Source of the DNA: Felis catus | Taxonomy: Eukaryota | Reading direction: 5' to 3' | Assembly: GCF_018350175.1 (NCBI RefSeq) | Contig: NC_058377.1 | Location: forward strand, 61,194,001-61,258,000 | Length of the DNA stretch: 64,000 nt | Shown here: piece by piece, positions 1-11,515 of the stretch | How the letters are laid out: the number at the start of each line of letters is the position of its first letter | Numbering within the stretch: the first letter of the stretch is position 1 | Program-made: the position numbers and the translations under genes | The notes under the pieces: model-generated | The model's input: the letters and a program-made list of their open reading frames with translations, nothing else | Told to the model about the DNA's origin: nothing | The model's database searches: none

Positions 1-189
1 GAAGGGAGAAGCAGTCTCAGGTATAAATTTTAAATTTTGAAGAGCCCCCAATAAGAGTGGCATATCTGCTAACATACCACTGTAATGTTTATACATCATA
101 AATTGAGATCTAAGTATTTCATGTGTCAACTGCATTTGCCAAAAAGCACACGATAGCCACAGGATAGTCAGACCTCCTCGAAGGTAACT

Positions 190-402
190 TGGAATAGTTA
201 AAATAGCAAAGCCTTTGAGAAAACACATGTCTGGGATACAATCTCAGTCCTGCCACTTAAGTGACTTGATCAAGCTGTTTAAGACAAAGCCTCATTTCCT
301 CATCTCAAAATTGGGATGAGGCTTACCTTTCAAAGCTTGAAGTGAGGATTAAATCCATGATTAAATATCAATATTGTATAAAACATGCAACGATCCTGGC
401 AT
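190..402 (+). mobile_element. MIR (ancient SINE) fragment
   Basis: Degenerate MIR core: ctcagtcctgccactta..gtgacttg..gcctcatttcctcatctcaaaattgggatga..gtgaggattaaa..cctggcata. Confidence 0.6.
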
Positions 403-1099
403 AATTTTCTGAGTGTATTGATATTCTATACATGCAAATTTTCTTCTTTTTCTAGAAGTACAAATTTTAAGTGAGATATGGAGAAAGTAATGTTCTTTTG
501 GTTGTTTCTTGGAAAGAACTGTAACGAGGATAATGAATACTCTTTAATTGACACCATAAAAAGGAATATTTGATGGCCCTAAATAACTTTATCCTCAAAT
601 ACTAAAGAGCAAAAAAAAAAAAAAATAGTGTCACCAGAAATAGATATCTGGCCAAATAAAGGATGTTAAAAAATTTTTAAAGGTGCATTTTAGTCCAATA
701 GGGGGAATGATCCTATCACAAATTCAAATAGAAAAGACAGTCCTGTGACACCAGAAGCTCACTATCAATTGGAGTTTTCAGGTAGAAATTGAATTATGAA
801 CCATGAAGAATAATGTAGATAAAATTTCTCCATGTGATGGGGACATTAGGACATTACAGAGTTTTAACAACATGGTAAAGTTCTGTCTGAGCAATCATGA
901 ACAGTTGCCAGGAACAACTATATCAACATTAATCATAAGTAAAGACACCACCAATTTAGACATAAAAATTAGAAATATACTTATTTTCTGAAGAGTGTCA
1001 CTGGGTATCCTAAAGATTGTAGATTCCAACCATGGCCTTACAAGGGCTGGTGATGGTAGTATGTGGATTAAAAGAGAATCTCTTTTTCCCTCCATGACC

Positions 1100-1300
1100 T
1101 TGCATCCCAGGATTTTCTACTCTTTTCCCTCCTTTTCCTCTCTTTTCCTAGAGTAAGTAGTACCTGTAGATGGTTGTGAGTCTAGTCACAGTGGGACTGG
1201 GAGCAGCAAAGCATTCATTTACTGAAGGTATGGGGAAGATCTGCTGATGACCAGAATAAAAGGCAGATTTATGCTGTTTGTTCTGGTCCTTGGGGATCCC
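1100..1300. promoter_or_regulatory. Possible OR promoter fragment (O/E-like sites) for a gene outside the window
   Basis: TCCTTGGGGA at 1287-1296 and TCCCAGGA near 1105 resemble Olf1/EBF sites; non-repeat sequence; no CDS nearby in the window. Confidence 0.2.
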
Positions 1301-1693
1301 TACTGGCCTCTCTGTTGGCAAAGTGCCTTATTTAGCCTGGATATTCTGGAAAACAAATCCTAGAGCCAATCACTAAGGATACCACGTACGAATAAGAGCA
1401 GATATTAAGGAGCACTGTAAATCTAACTGTTGATAAGGTTTAGAAACCCTAGAGAGAAAGAGTAAGGGCTGGAGAATCATTTAGGATGGAAATTAAAGCA
1501 CACCTGGAGTAACAGAAGGCAGATGTGTGTGAAGCTATAAGCATTTTAAAATTGCTACAGCTTGCTTCCAAACCAATAGTTGAAATCATTTTCATTTCCA
1601 GTGACTTTGGGACCTCTATAAGCAAAACTTAAACTAAAATTAGGAGTCTTGATTTCCTAGATGCAATTAAAATCCACAAAAAGTTGGGAAAAA

Positions 1694-2030
1694 AAGGGGG
1701 ATTAAGAGCACACTTATCTTGATGAGCCCTGAGAAGTGTACAGAATTTTTTTTAAGTTTATTTATCAATTTTTGAGAGAGACACAGAGAGAGAGAGAGAG
1801 CCCAAGCAGGGGAGGGGTAGGGACAGAGGAGGGCAGAGGATCCAAAGTGGGTTCTTTGCTTATAGCAGAGAGCCTGATTTGGGGCTCAAACCCACTAATT
1901 ATGAGATCATGACCTGAGTTGAAGTCGGACGCTTAACAGACTGAGCCACCCAGGCGCTCCCAGAATTTCTGAATCATTATACTGTACACCAGAAACTAAT
2001 ATAACTGTATGTTAGTTATGCTTCAAAAAA
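1694..2030 (+). mobile_element. L1 3' end fragment, interrupted by a CAN-SINE
   Basis: ggggattaagagcacacttatcttgatgagc..gaatcattatactgtacaccagaaactaatataac is a carnivore L1 3'UTR terminus; similar to 4725-4815. Confidence 0.7.
1746..1960 (-). mobile_element. CAN-SINE (SINEC)
   Basis: tRNA-derived head, (CT)n tract and A tail on minus; TSD CAGAATTT at 1741 and 1961. Confidence 0.92.
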
Positions 2031-2694
2031 TGTATTCACTGAAATACATCTTAAGTGACTAAATAAGGCCCTTGTTAGGTAAGTAAGATATATAAAAAGA
2101 AACATAAAGGAGCGAGATTAAAGTAAGAACAAGAGAGGAGCTCTATAAAAAAATTTTTAAAAAAGCACAATACTGGGTTTAGGAGAGACTGAGTTTCAGA
2201 AAGACCTTTGGCAGAAGTCAGAAGCTCAATCTGAGAGTAAATGGTAAAGAGAGGGAAAATCTGTTAACTGTTTTGCTGGTGGTCAAATATAAAGATCCTA
2301 ATGATAGTGACTGGATCTTGTTTGTTCACTGTTATTTCCCCAGTGCCTGGTGAATTGCAGGTCTTCCAATGTTTACATATGAATAAATGCACACACTCTT
2401 CCCCTGCCCCCACAGGTCTCCACTCTAGACTCTAGGCCTATAATAACACCTGAAGGGTAACCAACAGTCCTGCAACCTGTGAGCAAAGTCTTCATTAAGC
2501 CATTTTCTCCTAGCCTAAAGTATACTCAGGGTACTCAAATAAATTTAATTCTTTCTATCATGATTGCTACCAACGTGGATCAAATTATTATCATATTGTC
2601 CTCAAAAACTTTTATAATGTTCTAAGAGGCCTTTTGCATTCCTTTCTTCCATTCTTTGTCGCAAAACATTTTCCTCACTGTAGTCACAATGGTC

Positions 2695-2904
2695 TTTTTA
2701 TTTTCCCTGTATGTTTCCTTATTTTTGAGAGGGGGAGAGAAAGAGAGAGAGTGTGCATGTGCAAGAGAGAGAAGGGGACAGAGGATCTGAAATGGGCTCT
2801 GTGCTGACAGCAGAAATCCCCATGTGGGGTGGAACTCACAAACCATGAGATCATTACCTGAGTCGAAGTTGGATGCTTAATGGACTAAGCTATCCACGTG
2901 CCCC
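2695..2904 (-). mobile_element. CAN-SINE (SINEC)
   Basis: Diverged SINE body; TSD CACAATG(G/A)TCTTTT. Confidence 0.9.
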
Positions 2905-2919
2905 CACAATGATCTTTTA

Positions 2920-3725
2920 AAAACACAAACATGATGTCACTCCTGTGCATAAAATGTTCACAGTCTTCCTCTCATTTTTAGGATAAAACTGAGAATCCTC
3001 AGCCCCAGGCATCCACTCTTCACTTCACTCTCTGTCCTTCAGCCCACAAAATGGACTCTCTCCAAGTTTTCAAACATATGGTGCCACTTCCTATCTAAAG
3101 ATCCACCCACACATGGTCACATATCCTGTTCTCTTTCCCTGTAACATCACCAGTCCCATTTCATAATCTTTCTTTTCTCAGCTGCTTAACTCCCACTTGA
3201 CATTCAAATATGTTTTTTTTTAATTTTCTTTTTAATGTTTATTTTTGAGAGAGAGAGCGAAAGAGAGTGAGTGAGAGAGAGTGCAAGCAGGGGCAGAGCA
3301 GAGAGAGGGAGACACAGAATCCAAAGCAGGCTCCAGGCTCTGAGCTGTCAGCACAGAGTCTGATGCGGGGCTCAAACCCACGGACTGGGAGATCATGACC
3401 TGAGCCAAAGTCGGAAGCCCAACCAACTGAGCCACCTAGGCGCCCCTCAAATATCATTTTTAAGGAAGCTTTCCTTGACTCCCTTAGACTAGAGAAAAAC
3501 CCCATGTTATGTGCACTTACAGAAATCTTTGTTTCTACTTGACAGCCCTTAGTATCCAGTGTAATTATGCATTTGAGCATCATTTAATTATTTCACATTA
3601 CATTTCCCCAGAATGTAAAGTCCCTGAGACATGCACTTGTGTTTTGCTCACCTCTTCTCAGGACCTAGCACAATCTGGCCCATTTTAGCCACTCCATCAT
3701 TTTTTGATGCATGAATATATGAATA
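2920..3725 (+). mobile_element. L2 LINE 3' fragment (interrupted by SINE)
   Basis: L2-like phrases: aaggaagctttccttgactccc, agaatgtaaagtccctgag, gacctagcaca..tgcatgaatatatgaat. Confidence 0.5.
3213..3446 (-). mobile_element. CAN-SINE (SINEC_Fc-like)
   Basis: Full-length body ending cgcccc on plus; TSD TCAAATAT. Confidence 0.93.
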
Positions 3726-4317
3726 AGTTGTATATCTTCCTTCCTTTAACTAGAATTCAATTCAGAATCTTTGAAGATTTAGATTTAGTTTTGTGTTTGT
3801 TATTGTTGGACATTTCTTATTTGCCATCCATTGGTTATAATCTGTGAGTACTAACTCCTTAGTTTTTATTTCCAAACCTAACATGTAAGCAATGCTGATA
3901 CTTGTCAGGGGATATATTATAATTAAATTCTATGGTTCATAGTATTCCAAATAACAAAAATGTAGCAAGAAGGTCCAGACTTAATAATTTGTCTTAAGGA
4001 AACATCCAACATAATGGCAATAGTCTCAGAGTTTACGTTTCCTTAAGATGTCTTTTCTCTTTAGACTGGGAGAGATCTGTCTCTACTGTCACTGTCATTA
4101 CTCTCCATTATCTTACAAAAAAAGATCATTGAAAGATATCCTTATGGCTTTAGTCCAGGTCCCTTAATTACAACTATCACATGATCGGGAGTTCTAAAAT
4201 ACAGGAAATGTGAATTCAAATATCTTATTGCTTTATTCATTCCTTCAGAATCATTCACTGAACACATAGGTTCACAGGACACTTGGAGGTGCTATAGATA
4301 AAAAGTAAATGGGATTT

Positions 4318-4862
4318 CAAAAAATACAAAAACACTAATTCAAAAGGATATANNNNNNNNNNNNNNNNNNNNNNNNNNNNNNNNNNNNNNNNNNNNNNNN
4401 NNNNNNNNNNNNNNNNNNNNNNNNNNNNNNNNNNNNNNNNNNNNNNNNNNNNNNNNNNNNNNNNNNNNNNNNNNNNNNNNNNNNNNNNNNNNNNNNNNNN
4501 NNNNNNNNNGACATAGATGGAGCTAGAGAATATGATGCCAAGTGAAACAAGTCAGTCATAAAAAGGCAAATACCATATGATTTCACTCATATGTGGAATT
4601 TAAGAAACAACAAACAAGGGGAAAAAAAGGAGAGGAAAACCAAGAAACAAGACTCTTAACTATAGAGAACAAACTGATGGTTACCAGAGGGGAGATGGGT
4701 GGAAGGATGGGTTAAATAGGTGATGGGATTAAAGAGGACACATGTCATGATGATCACTGGGTAATCTATAGAATTACTGAATCACTATATTGTACACCTG
4801 AAACAGATATAACATTGTGTGCTGTGCTGGAATTTAAAATAAAATAAAAAAATAAATAAAAT
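4318..4862 (+). mobile_element. 5'-truncated L1 (ORF2 end plus 3'UTR), spans a gap
   Basis: gccaagtgaaacaagtcagtca..aaataccatatgatttcactcatatgtggaat..; A-rich tail; approximate TSD aaaagtaaa(t/c)ggattt. Confidence 0.85.
4353..4509. other. Assembly gap (N run)
   Basis: Run of N inside the L1. Confidence 1.
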
Positions 4863-5189
4863 AAAAGTAAACGGATTTTAAAGTGGGATTAATTACTGTC
4901 ATTTTTGTTTAAATCCAGACTATACCACTTAGTCAATATTTGACTATGAGCAAATTATTTAATCTCTCTGAGTCTAAATTACTCATATGTAAAATCAAGA
5001 CTAATAATCTAGTGATTATGATGATAATTATATAATTTAAATTGCATGTATATGTATCAATGTATACATTTACCCACACACATATATACATATAAATGCA
5101 CACCTATGTCTTGCAAATCTGACATATAATAAATACACAAAATTATACTTGTTATGATAATCCACGATGTTAACTATGTTAAGAGTCTT

Positions 5190-5375
5190 ACATGCTTTCA
5201 TTCATTTAATCCTTAAAATTCTACGGGGCAAGAAATCTTACAACCCTCATTTTATTAATTTTGACAACAAGGTCCAGAAAGTTTGGACAACTTGCCTGTG
5301 AGCACACAGATAGAAAGTGACAGAGATGAATAATGAACTCAGCACTCTGCTTCTAGAGCCAGTGCACTTAACCCC
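5190..5375 (-). mobile_element. MIR fragment
   Basis: ttcatttaatcctta..ccctcatttta..aggtccagaaagtttggacaacttgcc..cacacagatag..ctagagccagtgcactta. Confidence 0.6.
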
Positions 5376-7065
5376 AAACCATACCAAGAGTTTAATTGGA
5401 AAAAGGCATATTAAGAATTTAACTAAAATCTATCATGGCATTTTTTACAATAGAGGTGGGGGGAATTTTTAATTAATTTGACTTGAGGAAAGAAATGTAA
5501 TCTTTCTGATAAGGTGGGGGAGTTTAAACAAGAGCTGGATCTTGAAGGATAATTAAGTTCTTCCCAGGTGACAAAGAGAATGGGTAGGAGAGAAACATTC
5601 TAAGCAAAACATGAAGATATGGAGAGACGTATTGTTTGAATGAAGGCGGGGGACTTTATGAACAGGACCAGTTCAAATGATATATAAGAATGAGAAGAGA
5701 AGGAGCAGAAAAGAATTTCATTAAGTTTTGCTTTGCTATTCTGGTGCTTACACGGGTCTGACATATCAATTCTGTTTGTTTTCTAAATTTTTATGAGGAT
5801 AACTATGATCTCAATGTAAAGGATGTATTAGACATAGTAATTAAAAGCTAATGCTTTGAACATATCAGTGGCAACTGTTGAAATATCCCAAATTGAAAAT
5901 TATAAAAGCTTGAACAACATTGCAACAGAGTCTAAGGAAAAGGAATACAGAGAAGCGGCCCAGATATTTACTTCTAAGAAGCTCCTATACTAAACAGAAG
6001 AAAGAAGGTACAAACAATACTTTACAAATGGAAAACCACAAAAGAGAACATCAATTCAAGGAAATTCAGCATGTGTTTATTGAGTGACTCTGGAGTAATT
6101 TCCATTTTGTACAAGCCAAGAAGTGAAGGAATCATATTTTTTAAGGAGAAAATATTCAGACTTTTACCAGTAAAATACTTATATCTTTTTTAATAATTTT
6201 ATTTTTAATTATCACCAGGAGCATAATCACTAAAAATGTATTAATTGAGTTATTTATAATAATAGATACCTCCTTTAGCAAGCACATGTAATATCTGTAT
6301 CTAGTTCAGTGGGCTTGGGCCTAAGCTCTGGGCAAATTCCCAAGTAGATACATACCATCAAGCATAAAGTTGTTTCTGGTTTCAGGATAATTTGTGATGA
6401 CGGTAAAGAGAATATCTTTAAGAGACCCAGTCTTAGTTTAGATAACAAAACAATAAGAGGCACAAGTTATGCTTTGTGGAGACAGAATATTCTATGAGCA
6501 ATATGTTTAAAAATTCTGTGGGCTTGATTACTGCACTATTGAACATTTCCACATGTCTGCTTGGCAACTTGTCTTGTGTGTGTCCATTCTTGTGACTAAA
6601 ATACACAATTACTATGTCCTGTATTAAAAAGACATCAATCCTATTATATTGCCTCTTCTGTAGAATATTGATAGTGATCATTAAATTTTCAATTGCAAAT
6701 ACTTTACATGGAATTTTTGAAGTTCTCATGGGCTTTTTCACTTTTTTTTTAAATCACGCCTACTTGAAAATAAACTACCACCCCCAGTTACAACACAGAT
6801 CAGTAGCAGCAAGGAGCAGAAAGGGACTGCTTTCCAATTAAAAAAGCTTTAAGGAAGCTCCTTAAAATCCATGTGTGCACAAAATGTCTCACGCCCTCTA
6901 GTTTCACTACAATTGTGGAATTTCTATTAGGTGTGGTCACTCTTCTCTGTGAAAATGTCTGATTTCAGTGGGAGAAAATTCCATGTCATTTATAAAAATG
7001 GGATCAATTATTTCCCTACTTCCCTTCTGATTATGATACCATCTCTGCAAACAATTCCAGGATAA

Positions 7066-8010
7066 TCAAGTGACTTTTACCTTTAGAGAACTAAGGACAT
7101 GGTCTCGAATTTTTTTGGTTCTAATACCATAAACAATGGGGTTAAGGAAAGGTGGTACCAGAAGGTACATATTGGCAATAAAGATATGAATTTGGGGGGC
7201 CACATTGTGGCCAAAGCGGTGAGTGAGGAAGGTAAAGACAGCTGTGGAGTAGAAAACAAGGATGACACAGACATGAGAGCCACAGGTTCCTAGAGCTTTA
7301 AAACTTGCTTCCTGTGATGGAAGGCGAAAGACTGCACGGAGGATTAGGGCATAAGAGACAGCAATGAAAAAGCCATCGCAGGAACCAATGACAGAGGCTA
7401 CACTGAGGCTGTAACGTTTGGTAGCTCCTGTGTCCACACATGCCAGCTTCACCACGGCCATGAACTCACAGTAGGTGTGGGTAATGACTCGTGTTCTGCA
7501 GTAGGGCAGCTGCCTGAGCAGGATAGGATGTGGGGAAAAGAAGGCCACTCCCCGGAGTACCACAGAAGCTCCCATTTTGGCAATGCGAGCATGGGTGAGA
7601 ATCGTGGTATGGTGCAGCGGATGACAAATGGCCACGTAACGGTCAAAGGCCATGGCCAGGAAAAAACCCGATTCCATAGCAGTAAAGCTATGGATGAAGA
7701 ACATTTGAGCCAGGCAAGCATCAAAGGCAATGTCACGCGCTCCAAGCCAGAAGAGACAGAGCATGCGAGGCAGTGTAGATGTGGAGAGGACCAGGTCAGT
7801 GACGGACAGCATGCACAGAAAGAGGAACATAGGCTCATGGAGACTCCGCTCTGCCCTCACCACGGCCAGGATGGTCACATTCCCCACCACAGCCACCATG
7901 TACATGGAGCAGAAGGGAATCCCAATCCAGATATGCAGGTGCTCTAGTCCTGGGATGCCCATCAGCAAGAAGGTGTCTGGAGATGTTTGAGATTTATTGG
8001 CTGGTCCCAT
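7066..8010 (-). CDS. Olfactory receptor, class I family 52, intact, 314 aa
   Basis: 7TM OR motifs GN, LHEPMF, MAFDRYVAICHPL, HTYCEFMAVVKLAC, KALGTCGSH, THRFG, PPFLNPIVYG; sequon NKS; first ATG at 8010 (the ORF track start at 8043 is TTG). Confidence 0.96.
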   Translation of the reverse strand: MGPANKSQTSPDTFLLMGIPGLEHLHIWIGIPFCSMYMVAVVGNVTILAVVRAERSLHEPMFLFLCMLSVTDLVLSTSTLPRMLCLFWLGARDIAFDACLAQMFFIHSFTAMESGFFLAMAFDRYVAICHPLHHTTILTHARIAKMGASVVLRGVAFFSPHPILLRQLPYCRTRVITHTYCEFMAVVKLACVDTGATKRYSLSVASVIGSCDGFFIAVSYALILRAVFRLPSQEASFKALGTCGSHVCVILVFYSTAVFTFLTHRFGHNVAPQIHIFIANMYLLVPPFLNPIVYGIRTKKIRDHVLSSLKVKVT

Positions 8011-8091
8011 AGTACTGCTGCTCTCTGTCTTTTGTGGAAGCAATCCTCCTTTTTAGGGCAAAAGTTTTCTGGCAAGATCATCACAATCAAA

Positions 8092-8600
8092 TCTGGCAAC
8101 AAATGGAAAACAAAACTGGAAGACCCCAAAATATCACATTAGAAAACATTCAGGTTATAATTTAGAGTGAAAAAAACTTAGTAACACTAGGCAAAACTAT
8201 GCAACCCAACACAAAGCCCTTATTCTCAATCAAGTCATGAATTTCACAAATTTGTTCAAAACAAAGCAGAAAAACCCAACTTTGTAACATCCATGTACAA
8301 TAAAACTCGTTGCCACTCCTTGAATTCACAATTCGATTCAGTCATAAGGCCAGGTAAGCTTTTGCTAAAATATCTGGTGTTATAGGCAAAATGGATCTTA
8401 GAATTTATCTAGTCCAGCAGCCTTCTCAATGTCATCCTGAAATGTAATTTTCTAGCCGATGTCTCACTTTCTCAAGTATAGTTACTCATTTCTCAGACAG
8501 TCCTGTTTTTTCTAGTGCTGTCACAGAACCAAGCCCCGGGAGCTGCAAGGCATTACTGGCCTTTCTGATGGAGCACTACAGACTCACCTGTCTTCTGCAT
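8092..8600 (-). other. Probable 5'UTR intron of the 7066-8010 OR
   Basis: Minus-strand donor CAG|GTGAGT (exon ends 8588) and acceptor ttttgttttccatttgttgccAG (coding exon starts 8092). Confidence 0.5.
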
Positions 8601-9145
8601 AGTCTTCACAAAGTCATTTAATACTCATGCTTCCACTAAGTTCTCTTCTGTTCTGTACATTCTGTGTCCAGTTCTGAACTTTTATTACTTGTATTTGAAT
8701 ATACTAGTCACTACAGAGATACATGCACTTGTTATCTCTTTTGATTTCTACACTATTAGTGTGATTTCAGTTCAAATTATTTCTTATACGAAGTAAGGAA
8801 GAAAAGTAATACTTAGTTGATCCTAACATGAAAAAAGACATTGTCCTGGAATCCTTCTATTTGTTCATTTTAGCTAGAAAACCAATGCAAACCAAATATT
8901 TTTCTGCCAATTTTACCAGTTAGGAAACAGAAGCCCAGAGTGCTACAGATAATGCAATGGCAGCACAGAAAGTCAGGCGAGAGACCAGAACTCTTAACAC
9001 AAAACTCTGCATGACTGCCAAATTCATGATATTTTCATTATGTATACTCAATATTTCGTGGCACAGTTGTCAGTCTTAGTCAACTATAACCTATTAATAT
9101 TTTTCACAATCTTCAAGTCAGATTTCTCAAGATGATTTCATTTAA

Positions 9146-9345
9146 TTTTTTTTAAAGGTTATTTAGTGTGAGAGAGAAAGAGCGAGCAGGGGAGGGGCAG
9201 AGAGAGAGGGAGAGAGAGAATCACAAGCAGGTTCCGTGTTGTTAGTGCACAGCCTGATGCAGGGCTTGAATTCACAAACTGTGAGATCATGACCTGAGCC
9301 AAAATCAAGTCAGTCACTTAATCAACTGAGCCACCCAGGTGCCCC
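9146..9345 (-). mobile_element. CAN-SINE
   Basis: SINE body ending gagccacccaggtgcccc. Confidence 0.92.
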
Positions 9346-9683
9346 AAGGAAGACTCTCAAAGAGATTTTAAACAAATGATTAAAAAATTAGCCCTTTCAT
9401 TTAAACTTTATAATCTGTAACTTTTTAAAATAATCATTATCATGTGTTTCTTTTGTTATTATTAAGCATTTATCCACATACATACATCTACATAAAAACA
9501 AGTGAAATATAATTTTGATGTAAGTAGATTCCAATAACAGGATTCTTTTTATGATCCTGGAATATTGTATTGATCCCTCTAACATGGTGTGTATACTGTT
9601 TATTAGTTAGAAAGAGACCTATTAAATATAATAATAATGAGATTACAAACACTGAATCCTGTTTACTACATTATAATTAAAAA

Positions 9684-9822
9684 TTTTTTTTTAATTTTTT
9701 ACTGTTTATTTTTGAGAGAAAGAGACAGAGTGCAAGCAGGGGAGGGGCCAAGAGAGAGGGAGACACAGAATCCGAAACAGGCTCCAAACTCATGAGCTCT
9801 GACTAAACCACCCTGGCACCCC
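9684..9822 (-). mobile_element. CAN-SINE with internal deletion
   Basis: Tail and head present, middle missing; TSD TACATTATAA. Confidence 0.88.
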
Positions 9823-11129
9823 TACATTATAACTCATAAACACTGGTCAAATGCCTTATTAAACTGGGATACGACTTACATTACCCAGTATTTGGGGAAG
9901 AATGTAGAACACATCAGACTGATTATATATTTGATTAGAAATATTCTCAGTGTTATTGGGAATTTTTCTCAGTTTGGCCTGGGCCTTATAAAATGATCAT
10001 TTATATAATACTTTCAATTATTACAATATTTGGCTCAGAAGAAATAAAGTTCAATAAACATTGAAATTGGTCAAGTATCACTAGTGATGTTATCATTTTT
10101 TCCCTTCCATCTGATTATTTTCATTCTCATCATAGACTCTTCTTATGTCTTTTTATTAAATGCATTTATCTCCATAATAAGATTTAGGTTGTCTTATACA
10201 TACTGACTATATCTTTTTCCCCAGTATTATCTTCTGGAAAGTGGGTGAAACAAAAACTTGCTGGGAGGATTAAGTTAATTAATACACTAACAAATTAGAA
10301 CACTATCTTACAAAGAGCAAGAATTTAAGAAACTAATGATTCTAATGGAATTTGGTAATCATTCTATAGGTAATGAGCTCCAGTAAAGTTTCTAAGTATC
10401 CATGATAAGATCTGCATTTTAGATAACAAAATAAACCATTCTTTCCAGCCTTTTCACCAGGTACTCTTTCTATACCCTCCATGGGGTAACACCAACCTTC
10501 TAAGTATCCCCCAGTATGTCATGCTTCTTTGTAAAATTGTGCTTTTGTTCACATACTTTTCTAATTGCAACTTTCCTCCCCCTCCCTTTTATTCATTTCC
10601 CTTTGCAAATACTGCTCTTCTTACAGTGTCTAGCTCAAAAGTAATCTCCTCTCTGACTTTTTGCTGAGTTACCTCGGACAGAAATTGGCAGATTATTTTT
10701 CTTTGCTCTTATTGCATCTTTACAAGTCTTTTACACTTCTTTTCGACAGATCTTATCAAGTTGTGGAATATTAGATTCATAAATATATTATTATTATCAC
10801 TTTCATAGGATTAAATTCTCCTCAGTATAGAAATGATAGCATAGCTAGATATTACCATGACCCAGCCCTGAGACTGGCATTGGATGATGCCTATTAACAC
10901 AGTAACACAAGTAGCTGCACAGCCTGTGTAACTCCACATCCTTATTCTCACTGACAAATCTATCGTGTTCCCCAACACTTTCACAAATGCAATGCCATGT
11001 CTGATATTTATCAAGATTTCCACAAGATACCTAGATATCAGAGGTAAGATAAGAGAACTATCCCTGCCACCTCTGCCCATAGTGAAATAAAAGAGTTTCT
11101 GCCTTTGATCTTTATTACTGCTTTGCTCT

Positions 11130-11195
11130 TCCATGATTCTGAGACAGGACTCCAGGGACAGAGAGATAAAGCAACTAATTGAAAGAGGATTTCAA
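11130..11195 (-). promoter_or_regulatory. Candidate promoter of the first OR52 (O/E-like plus homeodomain site)
   Basis: CTCCAGGGA followed closely by CTAATTG, about 3.1 kb upstream of the ATG. Confidence 0.3.
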
Positions 11196-11317
11196 TATAA
11201 TTACTGCTTTATCTGAGGGCTTCAAGATCCTGATTACTCACATCTCCACTTTCAGAGAAACACAAAGCTATTCACATTTCTCTGTTGGCTCCCAACACGT
11301 TTTAATTAACAAAATGA

Positions 11318-11515
11318 GGAGTACCTGGGTGGCTCAGTCGGTTGAGCGTCCAACTTCAGCTCAGGTTGTGGTCTCATGGTTCATGAGTTTGAGCCCCACA
11401 CTGGGCTCTCTGCGTCAGCACTGGGCCTGCTTCAGATCCTCTGTCTCTCTCTCTCTCTCTACCACTCCCTGCTCATGCTCTCAATCTCCCTCTCTCAAAA
11501 AATAAACATTAAAAT
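11318..11515 (+). mobile_element. CAN-SINE
   Basis: cctgggtggctcagtcggttgagcgtcc head, CT tract, A tail. Confidence 0.92.

Noticed and set aside
7099-7990. Similar 156-aa antisense ORFs over both OR52 genes (7477-7947, 22660-23130)
   Set aside because: Shadow ORFs explained by OR codon usage and the near-identity of the sense strands; no independent coding evidence
8011-8043. Upstream TTG and GTG starts given for the two OR52 ORFs (8043, 23220)
   Set aside because: Non-ATG starts from the ORF caller; the first ATGs give typical OR length and sequon position
8059-8068. AAACTTTT resembling the class I J-element motif AAACTTTTC
   Set aside because: One mismatch, single copy, inside a 5'UTR, and no surrounding cluster of homeodomain and O/E sites
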